The position numbers and the translations under genes are program-made. Of a DNA stretch of 64,000 nt, positions 36,951 to 49,220 are shown piece by piece. Under the pieces are notes generated by a model, which did no database searches, was not told the DNA's origin, and saw only the letters and a list, made by a program, of their open reading frames with translations. How positions within the stretch are numbered: position 1 is the first letter of the stretch; each line of letters begins with the position of its first letter. The stretch comes from Octopus bimaculoides (taxonomy: Eukaryota). The DNA lies in NCBI RefSeq assembly GCF_001194135.2, contig NC_068983.1:115600632-115664631 (forward strand). Direction: 5' to 3'.

Positions 36951-37101
36951 GCTGTTATACTTATATATGTATGCACAAATTTTTCTTAAGTCCCTTTCAA
37001 CCCTTGCAACAAGTGTGCGCACACACACATTACATGGATCTAGCCCACTACTTCCAAATTAGTTCAGCAACACGATAGAATATTTAGAAAAGATATGTAG
37101 A

Positions 37102-37480
37102 CATGGCTGCATGGTAAGAAGCTTGCTTCCCAACCATATGATTCCAGGTTCAGTCCCACTCTATGGCACCTTGGGCAAATATCTTCTACTATAGCCTTGA
37201 GCCAACTGAAGCCTTGTGAGTTGATTTGCAGGATGGAAACTGAAAGAAGCCTGTTGTATATACATGTGTATGTGTTTGTCCCTACATCACTGCTTGTCAA
37301 CTGGTGTTGGTGTGTTGAAATTCCTATCACTTAGTGGTTCAACAAAAGGGACTGATAGAATAAGTACTAGGCTTAAAAAAATAAATAAGTCCTTGGGTCA
37401 ATTTGTTGGACTAAAACCCTTCAAGGTGGTGCTCCAGCATGGCCGCAGTCAAATGACTGAAACAAGTAAAAGAATAAAAG
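37102..37480 (+). mobile_element. SINE family A copy
   Basis: Same head, microsatellite and tail as the 20692 copy; boundaries approximate. Confidence 0.8.
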
Positions 37481-39418
37481 AATATATATGTACATATGTG
37501 CACAGGCACAGGAGTGGCTGTGTGGTAAGTAAAAGAGTAAAGAGAGTATGCCTATGTAACTCCCATATACAAGGAGTTACATGTATCAACAAATGTTTGC
37601 CTAAAGAGTTTGACAAGTTACACAAAGTGAAACTTGAGGTTTTTAGTAACTTTTAAAGTGTTTTTAGCTTAAAATATAACAATACATACATGCCTGCATC
37701 ATCATCATTTAGCATCTGTTTTCCATGCTGGCATGGGTAGGACAGTTTGACCAGAGCTGGCAAGGCCAGGGCCTGCACTAGGCCCCACTTTTCTGACATG
37801 GTTTCTACGGTTGGATGCCCTACCTCATGCCAACGACTCCACAGAACGTACTGGGTACTTTTAACATGGCACCAGCTCTGGTCTCAATTCTGCTGTAGCA
37901 GGCAGGTCTTTTTGCATACATGTATTATTATGAATGTACGTGTATTATGCAGACAGTTGTGTGGTTTAGAGGATTTGCTTTGCGACCATATGGCTTCAGG
38001 TTCAGTCTCACTGCTTAGCACCTTGGGCAAGTGCCTTCTATTATAGCTCCATGAGTGCGTTTATCCCCACACCACTTGACAACCAATGTTAGTCTATTTG
38101 TTTATGTCCCTATGACAGCCAGATCTCACCTGATGAAATGATGCAGTTATGCAATGATATGATATGTAATTATTACACAACAGCAAACTGCATCATATTA
38201 CATAGAGTATCATGTACGAAAGAAACCCCCAAAAATAAACAGACAGATCAAAACATCATTATGTGCATTTCAATAGCATGATCACTTAGTCATCATTTAA
38301 CATCCATATTTCCACGCTGGCATGGGTTGGATGGTTGGACAGGAGCTGGCAAGTTTCTCCCCCTCTCTCTCTCTCCCTCTCCTTCTCTCTCTCTCTCTCT
38401 CTCCCTCCCCCTCTCTCTCTCTATATATATATATATATCTATATATATATAGAGAGAGAGAGAGAGAGAAAATACAAGGAGTTTATGTCAGGATGACTCA
38501 GACTAATAGGTATGTATTCTGAGAGCCTGAATAATTATGCCACCAAAATTCTAGTTTGAACAGTAGTTGAAGTTATGGTTATGTGATAGTTTAGTTCAAA
38601 CTGGCTAAAAGTGGCTTCCCCTTGATTCAATAGGTGTAGGTTAAAGTAGTGAGGCAAAGCAAACATAACAAAGGCATTTAATTCAGTCTAAATTTAGCTA
38701 TATAATGAGTGGTAAAAAATAGTGGAAATAGTCTCCAACAGCTGTTTCTGGGATATCTCAGCTATTGGAGCATCATATCGAGTGAAGACTCTGTATGTTG
38801 GGTTTCCATCATTGGAGAGATATAGGTCAGACTATGGAAGAATGTTCCTCATCAGTGACATTTGTGGTTCATTATGCGCAGGAGGGTGGGAGGTTCTGAT
38901 TAAATCTAGTCAGATTGGATATTCTTTTGGCAAATCAATGATCAGAAAGAGTGGTTAAGTGGTACAGCAAGGTGAGGAGGGGAAAAAATTGTTATGCAGT
39001 ACTCCTTATTATGGCAAGGAATGACCTTCGATATACTGAATAATATATATATCCAATACAGATCTCCTACCTTTGTATTTTTGCTCTTACCAGAATATAT
39101 CTTTATTGCATGCACAATGCTGGATCTGCTAGTATTTACTTTCATTTCCTCTTAATATGGAGTACTGCATAACAATTCTGAAGAATTGCTTCATATGAAA
39201 GGATTTGGGTGATTTCAAGCCAGTTGTATGAAAATGGTTAAGTTTCTATCTCATTGGGTTTCACATCACTGAAGTGTCCAATTGTTACTTGCTCTCCTAT
39301 CAGAGGGAAACCTGTATCCTGTTACTTAATGAGAAATAGCAACCAGATCTCCATTAGCTAGCTCTCTCCCACCTTCAAAATGGAAGGACATGTATAATGT
39401 AGTATTAGATATATTATG

Positions 39419-39809
39419 TGGAGGCGCAATGGCCCAGTGGTTAGGGCAGCGGACTCGCGGTCATAGGATCGCGGTTTCGATTCTCAGACCGAGCATTGTG
39501 AGTGTTTATTGAGCGAAAACACCTAAAGCTCCACGACGCTTCGGCAGGGGATGGTGGCGGACCCTACTGTACTCTTCCACCACAACTTTCTCTCACTCTT
39601 ACTTCCTGTTTCTGTTGTGCCTATAATTCAAAGGGCCAGCCTTGTCACACTCTGTGTCATGCTGAATATCCCCGGGAACTACATTAAGGGTACACGTGTC
39701 TGTGGAGTGCTCAGCCACTTACACGTTAATTTCACGAGCAGGCTGTTCCGTTGATCGGATCAACTGGAACCCTCAACGTTGTAAGCGACGGAGTGCCAAC
39801 AGACAGAAC
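39419..39809 (+). mobile_element. Full-length tRNA-derived SINE (resembles octopus OR-type)
   Basis: A box tggcccagtgg and B-box-like gtttcgattc; 12-bp TSD agatatattatg (39407-39418 and 39810-39821). Confidence 0.88.
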
Positions 39810-40484
39810 AGATATATTATGCTTGGAAAATGTATGGTGGCCTAAAATGATAACATAGCAAGTTCCTCTACATTGAATCATTAATGTCTATATAGAGTCT
39901 TTGAGGAAGATTCTATTCAATTTTTATATCTCATCAACCAGCTTTCTGCAATCTTTAATATTGTTAACTGCCATGTTTTAATTCTCTGAATGTTTGAGAT
40001 TGTTGTTAATAAGATTATAATTACTTTGCTATTAACCTCTTTTTGTAAATGTGCCAGACACCTTAGTTGCTTGCTCTCCTACTAGAAAGGAGACTGTAAG
40101 AATGAAATAAAAGTTTCTAGTTCTACTCCAGTCTAGCAACTATTATCAACAAATAAAACAACTGATGACAAATGACTATCAAAAATGTTAAGTTGACATA
40201 AGTATACGTTTTGCTATTTTCTTAAGGTGAGGCCAATAGTTGCAATATTTATAATCTTACCCATATTTTTAGGTTCTAAATCATATGACATCAGGCCCCC
40301 ATAATAAGGTTCAACTGAAACAAATTAAAACAGCAGGGGTCTTTGTGTATCTGCAGTGAGCAAGTTTATTCAAGCAGTTTAATGAAGCTATTCAACAGCA
40401 AAAACAAGAACAACAAAATCATATCTGTAACTATAAATATTAGAATGCACAGAATGATCTATAAATAGCTTATGTATAGATTGT

Positions 40485-40890
40485 ATTGCTGTGTGGTAAG
40501 AAGCTTGCTTCTCAACCACATGGTTCTGGGTTCAGTCCCATTGCATGCATCTTGGGTAAGTACCTTCTATTATTGCCTATATATATATAGGTTATGAGTA
40601 ATAGTGGTGTCAATTAGAACCAGAGGTTTCAGATAATATATATTTACACACACACACACACACATGCACGAGTGTGTGTGTGTGTGTGTGTTTTTGTCCC
40701 CCACCACTGCTTGACAACTGGTGCTCATGTGTTTACATGCCCGTAACTTAACAGTTCGGCAAATAGGACTGACAATAAATATCAGGCTTAAAAAGGTAAG
40801 TACTGAGGTTGATGTATTTGACGAAAAAAAATTCTCCAAGGCAGTACCACAGCATGGCCACAGTCTAATGACTGGAAAAGATAAAAAATA
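40485..40890 (+). mobile_element. SINE family A copy
   Basis: Same head, microsatellite and tail; boundaries approximate. Confidence 0.78.
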
Positions 40891-40996
40891 AAGAAAGACA
40901 AACAGGCAGACACACACAAACACCCAAACACACCTCATGCACATACACATAAAGTAGGAAATTAATCTTTGCTAGTGTTGACTGTTATTTTTGCAG

Positions 40997-41169
40997 ATTC
41001 CCTATTCCTGACTTACGCAGTGAACCACAGGTAGATCGTTTGCCTTGGTGGAAACGGAATTTACGCCAAGAGGTACTTGTTTTGAAGCTAAATGGTGCAT
41101 CATTCCACACTATCTTAAATTCAAATGACAGCAGGAAAATATATGAATTGAAATGCCATTCTTTGAATG
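40997..41169 (+). CDS. ATG2: ATG2 exon, phase 2-1
   Basis: ttttgcag|(R)FPIPDLRSEPQVDRLPWWKRNLRQEVLVL...CHSLNG|gtaagt; RFPIPDLRS is a hallmark ATG2 motif. Confidence 0.93.
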
Positions 41170-41430
41170 GTAAGTATCATTAATGTCACTTTTAATCCAT
41201 TGTTTTTAAATTTTCTTTTCTATACTTATTTGCCTTGTCACTATATTTGCCTGGATAGGAAATTTTAGACCTTTTCATATTGTATTGCAAGTTTCATTTT
41301 GCTGTAGCTAAATTCCTTTCCTACAAACAACCATTCAGCCTATTAACTTGACAGCTGTAAACCTCACCTTCAGTTGCCTTTGTCATGCAACATTAACCAG
41401 AAGTAACTATATCCTGATGAAAGCACATCT

Positions 41431-41657
41431 TTAACCCTTTAGTATTTAAACCGGCCATATCCGGCCAAAATATTTAATCTGTTTTATGTTCAAACTGACC
41501 AGATCCAGGCACTCACACCTACCCTACAATGTTATTCTACATTAAGTAATTACACCATCAAGATCTTGAAGATATGAGATAATGCATGATTAATTCAAAT
41601 CAATGTGAATCAATAAGCATTATGTTTGATAGAATAATCTGAACACTAAAAGGTTAA
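41431..41657 (+). mobile_element. piggyBac-type MITE (TTAA-CCC/TTT ends); copies at 10201-10433 (-), 30736-31017 and 46875-47103
   Basis: ttaaccctttag...ctaaaaggttaa termini and a shared ~230-bp body. Confidence 0.72.
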
Positions 41658-42976
41658 CATAACTAATATCATATTACAATAACTGGCCCTTCTTTTCAAG
41701 GCCATAAGATATTTCAACCCCTAACAATTATTGATACCTTACCAAGCTTAAGAAAAGCTCTCAATAGTGTATAGCTCTCACTCCTGGAACTGCGTTACCA
41801 CTACACGCAGATATCCTGAATTGCATTCCAAAAAGGGGCACTCAACTTATTTGCATAAAATCACTTACAAACTCACTCCTGCCTCTGGGTCACAAGAGTA
41901 CTGTCCCCTCACTCTGCCTTTTTTCACTGCCACTATAAAGCTTCCACTCCTCAGAGATGGCTGGGCTCATGCCACCTCTACACATCCACTCTCATGTCAC
42001 TGCTCGCTTTTTTTTTTCCATCATCCTTGTTGTTTCTAAACCTGAGACCCACCACTAATCACTCTGTCCAGTTATTTTTTTCTCTATCCTTCTGATATTC
42101 CCTCTCTTCTCATATTTTTCCTGCAAGTGTTGACTTTCAAATGTTCAAGAGGAACATTAATGACATCAATCTGGTCCACACTCTAAAGTGGTTGGCATTT
42201 GGAAGAACAATCAGCTGTGAAAACCATGCCAAAACTGACCTCACCTGTGCTTGTACCTTGTAAAAAGCACTTAGTCCAGTCTGCTGGGTGGTTGGTGATA
42301 GGAAGGGCATCCAGCTATAAAAATCTTGCCAAAACAAACACAGAAGTCTGGTGCAGTCTTCTGCCTGGCCAGCTCCTGTCAAAATGTCCAACTCATGCCA
42401 GCAAGTAAGGTGGATGTTAAATGATGATGAATCTCACCAATCTAGGAGGGCTAGCAAAGGTCATGACCACTGCCCTTTCCTCTAAACTTGGCATTCAAAA
42501 AAAAAGAATGAGATTTCAAAATTGTAACAATGGTTCATAGGAATGTTTTTCTTAATAATGCTTGTTTAAGCAGCTTCATTATTTCTCTCTTTGGTAGAGT
42601 TTTAAAATTTAGGGGCAGTGGCACTCATTTAGGAAAATGCAATATGTATGATTTTGTCCTAGAAAATAGCTACCTTGTTCTGTTAATGTTTAAATAGTAA
42701 ATATCAGAACTAAATAACTTAATATATTAAAAATATGAGGAAAGTAGTTGAGAAAAAGTAACAGTTATTAAAGGTCTTGGGTTTTTTTTTTTTTTTTTCC
42801 ATTCATTAACTTTTATTCTTGTTTGTAACTATTTCATTTCACTCAAGTTTGTGGTACATAGTTCTTTTATTGGTACATCATACAGTGATTCTGTTTCAGA
42901 ATGTCCTGCAAGTTTCTACAGAATTCTTTACAGAATATATTTTATATTGTCTATTAATCATAATGATTTATTTTAG

Positions 42977-43073
42977 GAAGTCTTGAAGAGAGTCCAGATT
43001 CTTCTCCAGTCCACTTCATTACAGTTGAACCAGAAGATGAGTCTGCACATAGTTATGGATTCAATTGGCCCCG
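42977..43073 (+). CDS. ATG2: ATG2 exon, phase 1-2
   Basis: ttttag|(G)SLEESPDSSPVHFITVEPEDESAHSYGFNWPR|gtattt; matches GSFQEE...DFDWPR. Confidence 0.88.
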
Positions 43074-43214
43074 GTATTTATTTTACATTCATTTATAAAC
43101 TTTTAGTATTTAATTTGTGGTTGATTACTACCACAAATTCCAACCTCTTGTCATAGTTCATGTGGTGGTGGCAAAAGTCTGGGATTGCCTCATTAAGCTA
43201 TACTGTCCGATGAA

Positions 43215-44105
43215 AGAAACTTTTACTTTTTCCTGCTCTGGCAAGAAGATCATCTCTGGTAATCTGGTATGCTGATGACATAGTGCCCTTCACAGACAAC
43301 ACAAAAGATGCTGAACATTTACTCCATCTCCTGGAAAATGTTGCTGCTAATATAGGACTATATGTGAATGAAAAGAAGACAGAGTTTATTACCTTGAACA
43401 CAACACGTGAAATCAGAACCATCAAACAGAGGCCCTTGAGAAATGTCAACAAGTTTACTTACCTAGGTAGCAATATCATGTCCACTGAAAAAGATATTAA
43501 ATCTTGGGTTGCTAAGGCTCGGGCAGCTATAGACAGTCTTAGAACAATATGGAAGTCAACCCTACCAGATAAATTGCAGAGACAGTTCTTCAGAGCAGTT
43601 GTTGAATCTGTGCTTGTATATGGATCTCCAACTTGGACTCTCACCAAGAGACTCAGGTGCCTAATATGACAGAATAAGTTGAGCGGTCTTGTAAAGGCTT
43701 CGACATTAGTCTATTTAATATCTATTACACTAGTATTAAATACATTTCTTTTATCAAGGCACCCTAGCGAGTTCCCCTTCTAGGCACAAGTATGGGCAAG
43801 ATTGTTTATGGAAGAGTATTAGTCGCCCATGCATACATGCCTTGCCTCTCCATGCCACCGATATTAGCAGTGCTCAACATCTCTTGGAGGGAGCACCCAA
43901 CAAAACAATGGTTATACAGGAATGTACCAACTCTCTCATCAACTATCCAAGAGCGGAGGTTGAGGTTTGCAGGCCACTGCTGGAGAAGTAAAGAAGAACT
44001 TGTGAGTAATTTGTTGCTGTGGACATCATATCATGGTACGACAGTGGCTGGAAGACCACGGAAGACATATATACAATAGCTTGCAGATGTTGGATGTTGA
44101 AAATA
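43215..44105 (+). mobile_element. Second RTE-like LINE fragment (YADD through C-terminus), interrupted by a ~200-bp insert
   Basis: WYADDIV...IGLYVNEKKTEF...FTYLGS...FFRAVVESVLVYGSPTWTLTK and RRLRFAGHCWRS...GRPRKTYI. Confidence 0.88.
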
Positions 44106-45077
44106 CTAATGGAGGATCAGTAGGGATGGTGAAAGGTAGTCAGGCTGGCCCGGGCAATCAGCCTGTCTGGATGATGCCTTGATAAAAGAAATGTATTTAA
44201 TACTAGTGTAATAGATATTAAATAGACTAATGTCGAAGCCTTTACAAGACCGCTCAACTTATTCTGTCATATTAAAAAAATAAATACAGCACATTAGATC
44301 ATATTGTATAACAGAATGGTCACAAGTGCAATGCTGTTGATTGTGTCTTGTTCATCTGAGTCTAAACTGTAAAGAGTAAAGACCCCCTTTGGTCATGAAT
44401 GTCCATGGGATTGCACCCCAGCGAGTTCCCCTTCTAGGCACAAGTATGGGCAAGATTGTTTATGGAAGAGTATTAGTCGCCCATGCATACATGCCTTGCC
44501 TCTCCATGCCACCGATATTAGCCTAGGGAAAGGCACCAGTGACGTTGTAACTCATTTCTATAGCTGAGTAAACTGGAGTAACATGAAATAAAGTGTCTTG
44601 ATCAAGAATACAACACACAGCCCAGTCTAGGAATCAAACTCACATCCTTATGATTGTAAGCCTGATGCTCTAACCACTGAGCCATGCACCTTCACTGTCA
44701 TATGGGTATGTGAAAATGGGTATTAAAATGATCATGTGAAATCAGTTTATTGATAAGTTGTAGCAATAATTCTTTCCATTATCTTCATTGCAGTTGTTTT
44801 TTCTTTAGTTATTTTTATTTTTTGATATTTCATGTTTCCAATTATTGTTTGAGCAGTGTGTTGAACTTTAGAAAACTGGACCAACCCTGTAAAATTGCTT
44901 AGTTGTAAAAAAAATGCTTAGTTATAAAAACTGTCATTAGACATAATTATCTATTTCAGGTGAGAAATACAAGTAGGCCCACTGATAGGGAAGTTGCCTG
45001 TTTCTGTAACTAATGTCTCATGTATTGTAAAACTGTTATTCATTTATTTATTTATTTTGTTTATTCATTTTTCTCAG

Positions 45078-45279
45078 AATGGTTATCACACAGACACAAG
45101 AACTTAACTCACTTTTAGAAGAAGAAAACAATGAGTCAGATGAAAGTACAAACTTTGACTCTTTGAATGGAGCTTGTCAGTTTAAGAAGCCAGAACCATC
45201 ACCATTCTCTACAAAGAAGTTCATGTATCATAAAGAGGAAGTTTCTGACAAAAGCGAAGTGAAAAATGTCAGTGAAGAG
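45078..45279 (+). CDS. ATG2: ATG2 exon, phase 2-0
   Basis: ttttctcag|MVITQTQELNSLLEEENNES...KKPEPSPFSTKKFMYHKEE...SEE|gtagaa; matches the PSPFSS motif region. Confidence 0.9.
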
Positions 45280-45875
45280 GTAGAAATAAGCTTTTTTTTT
45301 TCACTTTGGTTATTTTTCTGGAACATTTCAGAAGAGAATGTACTGTTTAGATGAGATTAGGTGGCTGCACTGTTGATCACCTGATTACAATGAGTAACAC
45401 GATTTTTGTCCTTGGGTAGCGACTGATATTTCCTATTTGCTTAACCCTGGACAGTGTAGAAAATGGCTAATATTTTTTCAAACTTTGCTTTTCTTATATT
45501 TATTCAAATCCCAAAGAACCCCTCTCAACAGCTTGTTATGATGCTCACCAACTATTCCTGCTCATGATCAGAGATGCACATATTGTTAGCTTCTAAGAGA
45601 CATACTTAGGTTGTTATGGTCAAGCAACTTAGAAGCAAATCTGTAGTATTGAGTAGAATATTTGCTATAACAATATTTCTGCTTCAGAATCTCAGTACTG
45701 AATTTGTCTGAAATGTAATGGAAAATAAGCCAGTTTCAAAGCATTGATGTCCTGGTCAAAAAAGCAAAGTTTGAAGGGAATAGTTGTAATTTCTTTTGAT
45801 CCCTAGATAGAAGCAAATAGGAAAATAACACTTATTGACCAAAGGCAAAAACAAATTAAAATTTTGTTACACAGT

Positions 45876-46222
45876 GCAGGCATGACTGTGTGGTAAGAAG
45901 CTTGTTTCCCAACCACATGTGTAGCACCTTGGGCAAGTGTCTTCTACTCTAGCCTCAGGCCAACCAAGACCTTGTGAGTGGATTTGGTAGATGACAACTG
46001 AAAGAAGCCCGTCATATATGTGTGTTTGTGTGTGTGTTTGTCTCCCATCATCGCTTGACAACTGGTGTTGGTGTGTTTACATCCTTAACGATTTGAAACT
46101 TAGTTGTTCAGCTAAAGAGACTGATACAATGAGTACTAAGCTTAAAAAATAAGTCCTGGGGTCGATTTGTTCAACTAAAAAAACCCTTCAAGGCAATGCT
46201 CCAGCATGGCTACAGTCAAATG
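45876..46222 (+). mobile_element. SINE family A copy
   Basis: Same head and tail; boundaries approximate. Confidence 0.78.
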
Positions 46223-46408
46223 TCTGAAACAAGTAAAAGAAAGTGTTAATCATTCAAATATTTTCTACTAAGCACTTGTCTCCTTGGACAATGTACATAA
46301 CATTACTCTCTTTAATTTTTCTTGACTGACTGTGCTTTCTAATCTTTCTTCATTGTTGAATGGTTAGTTGGTGGGGTGAGCATTAAGCTTAAATATAATT
46401 GTTTCAAT

Positions 46409-46777
46409 TTGTTGGCACTCCGTCGCTTACGACATTGAGTGTTCCAGTTGATCCGATCAACGGAACAGCCTGCTCGTGAAATTAACGTGCAAGTGGCTGA
46501 GCACTCCACAGACACGTGTATCCTTAACGTAGTTCTCGGGGATATTCAGCGTGACACAGTGTGACAAGGCTGACCCTTTGAATTACAGGCACAACAGAAA
46601 CAGGAAGTAAGAGTGAGAGAAAGTTGTGATGAAAGAGTACAGCAGGGTTTGCCACCATCCCCTGCCGGAGCCTCGTGGAGCTTTAGGTGTTTTCGCTCAA
46701 TAAACACTCACAACGCCCGGTCTGGGAATCGAAACCACGAGTCCGCTGCCATAACCACTGGGCCATTGCGCCTCCAC
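46409..46777 (-). mobile_element. Full-length tRNA-derived SINE, same family as 39419
   Basis: Reverse complement of the 39419 element along its whole length; 12-bp TSD aattgtttcaat (46397-46408 and 46778-46789). Confidence 0.88.
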
Positions 46778-47653
46778 AATTGTTTCAATAAAAGCCATCC
46801 TAATATGCTAATTTTGAAAATACATATAAAATAGTTTTCAAAAATCAATAAATTTTATAATTAATTTTATTTTTTTAACTCTTTTGCATTTAAACCAGCT
46901 ATATCTGACTCAAATATTCTACCTGTTTTAGGTTCAAACTGGCCAGATCCAGCCTCTTGTGTGTATTCCTACAGTATCATTCTAGAAATATACAATCACA
47001 TCATTGAAATCTTGATGTTATAAGATAATGCATGATGAATTTATAGTGATGTGAATAAATAAGCATTTCATTTGACTGAATAATCGGAATGCTAACGGGT
47101 TAATCTTTTGTTATGAAGTTGTAAAGAACTTTATTTGTTGAATAACTTAGTACTGTAATATCAACCAAAACTGTCTTTCAGTGGCCTCAAAGCTATACTG
47201 GGACGTTCAAACAAACAATATTGTGTGACTTTTAAACTTTTAAGTTTCACATCCTGGAAGGAATCGGTGTCAGATGATCATTGAATGCCTCAGCATTTTA
47301 GTTAACATTTATTTAGATTTAACTTAGATATTTACACTCATTTACATTGGCATCCACTTACTAACACCCATGCATAAAGATAGGGTGATATATCTATCTA
47401 TCTGTCTGACTGTTCAGACAGTCAAAGAAACAGAGACAGAAACAGACCTACTTGCTTATCATTCAGGGAAGAAGAGTTCTAGTATTCCATTAAATAAATA
47501 ATATGAAATTCTCACAATGAGTTATGTGAATCTATTTTTCTGTCCCTGAAATTCTGTGCTTTATCACCCATGTCATTATGTTATAATATCTGTTGTTTTT
47601 CAAAGATCTGTTATGTTGTATTTGAAATGATTAGTTTTCATTTTACTCTATAG

Positions 47654-47796
47654 CTTATATTACCTGGTGACAAGGAAGAATTAAAAGAATTCCAAGATAA
47701 AACATCTGCAAATTCTTGCTTACTCTTTGAAATAACTGTTCCCAGTGGAAATGTCACTTTCCCAGATAAGCAGTTTTATGAACTTTTATATAACAG
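47654..47796 (+). CDS. ATG2: ATG2 exon, phase 0-2
   Basis: ctctatag|LILPGDKEELKEFQDKTSANS...PDKQFYELLYNR|gttggt; matches MPGDPVEMTEFQDK...FYEKLYNR. Confidence 0.93.
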
Positions 47797-47864
47797 GTTG
47801 GTATTTTTCATTTCAAATTTTCACTTGTATATATATATAATAATTTCTTTCTACTTATAGCTAA

Positions 47865-47897
<33 letters not shown>

Positions 47898-47989
47898 CAT
47901 ATACATATGTATATATATATATATATNNNNNNNNNNATATATATTTATATATATATATGTATATGTTAGTATGTTTGTATGCATGTACA

Positions 47990-48300
47990 TCCTCAGCTCA
48001 AACCACAAAAACAGTACAAAGACTGGCCTAAAAGGCAATCTAAAAGAACTGCAGACCAATGTAAAATACTGAGAAGAACTAGCTTTGGAAAGGGCTGAGT
48101 GGAGGAAGCATTTAGAGAAGGTTTCAAAATCTTTGAAGTGGTTCACCTTGAGCATGAAAGTTTAAAGCACTGGCTTCAGAGTGGTTTTAATTGGAACCTC
48201 AAGGAAAACATATGCTGGTGGTGTGAGACACAGTGGTTGTGTACTCCTTTCCAAGGCTGCGTATGTCAACCATCTGAAGTCCCATGAAAGATCAACTGTA
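47990..48300 (+). mobile_element. RTE/BovB-like C-terminal fragment
   Basis: YKDGLKGNLKEL...EELALERAEWRKH..EGFKIFE. Confidence 0.6.
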
Positions 48301-48539
48301 TGCAGTGTCTTTTCTTCTTGACCAGGTGATTCAACATGTGTAGTGATTGAAAGGGCTTGCAAGTCAGTTTCATGTCTGAATAGACTTATGGTGGTTCATT
48401 AGGATCATATTTCACAGAGTGATGCAATGAATCCAGTGGAAGTTATGACTTTTGTCTGTCACTTCTGCTTCAAAATCATGTAGATTTGCAACTGAAAGGT
48501 CATGGATGAAATACCACTGACAATGGGGAAGCTCAGAGA

Positions 48540-48790
48540 GATTGCAATCATCTGTCAAGCCTATGCATGTCCTCAGCAGTCACAGCCCATGTTTCACTGT
48601 CGTGTACCATGGCTGTTCACACACAGGCATCATACAATCTGCCTTTCACTCTGAGGGAGAGGCCCTTAGATACCAAAAAAAGGTAGAAGCTCTCTGAACT
48701 TTGCCCAGCCTCTTCTTGTTCTAGCAGCTACACTCTTGGAGCATCCATCTCTGCTTCTGACTTGGTTACCTAGATAACGGAAGCTATCAA
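48540..48790 (-). mobile_element. RTE fragment (post-RT region)
   Basis: YLGNQV..DGCSKSVAARTRRGWAKFRELLP..GLSLRVKGRLYDACV..HDSETWAVT. Confidence 0.75.
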
Positions 48791-49016
48791 CTACTTCTTG
48801 GTATCCCCCCCTCCTTGTATTTGATGGAGTTTATTTTCTCTACATTTCTAGTGTTTATTGTACCTGTACATCTGCCACACACAAAGACTGTTTTCCCTGT
48901 TAATCTTTCTCTCATATTACTGCTCCTCTTATGTGTCCATAATTTGCACTGGGTACATCTTATGGAGTTTCTACCTATGCATTTTCTACATATTGAGCAG
49001 GGTCAACTATCAGAAA

Positions 49017-49056
<40 letters not shown>

Positions 49057-49077
49057 CTATATATAGATATCCCTATA

Positions 49078-49220
49078 CTTAGCTTTTGTGGACTTGGAGA
49101 AAGCTTTTGACAGGGTCCCTTAATCCCTTATCTGACGGGTGATGTGGAAACTGGGGATTGACGAATGGTTAATAAGGGCTGTACAGGGCCTATACAGAGA
49201 GGCCATTAGTAAGGTTAGGG
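49078..49220 (+). mobile_element. Short RTE RT fragment
   Basis: LAFVDLEKAFDRVP*SLI..KLGIDEWLIRAVQGLY; homologous to 6801-6945. Confidence 0.8.

Noticed and set aside
7015-36976. Long ORFs made of X (7015, 7022, 14019, 18497, 18547, 18549, 23134, 34947, 34983, 36381, 36437)
   Set aside because: They are open only because N-gaps and microsatellites contain no stop codons.
40347-40443. SLFKQFNEAI peptide resembling ATG2 SLHKAFTEVF
   Set aside because: Runs into a stop with no usable donor; the region is already covered by exon 29757.
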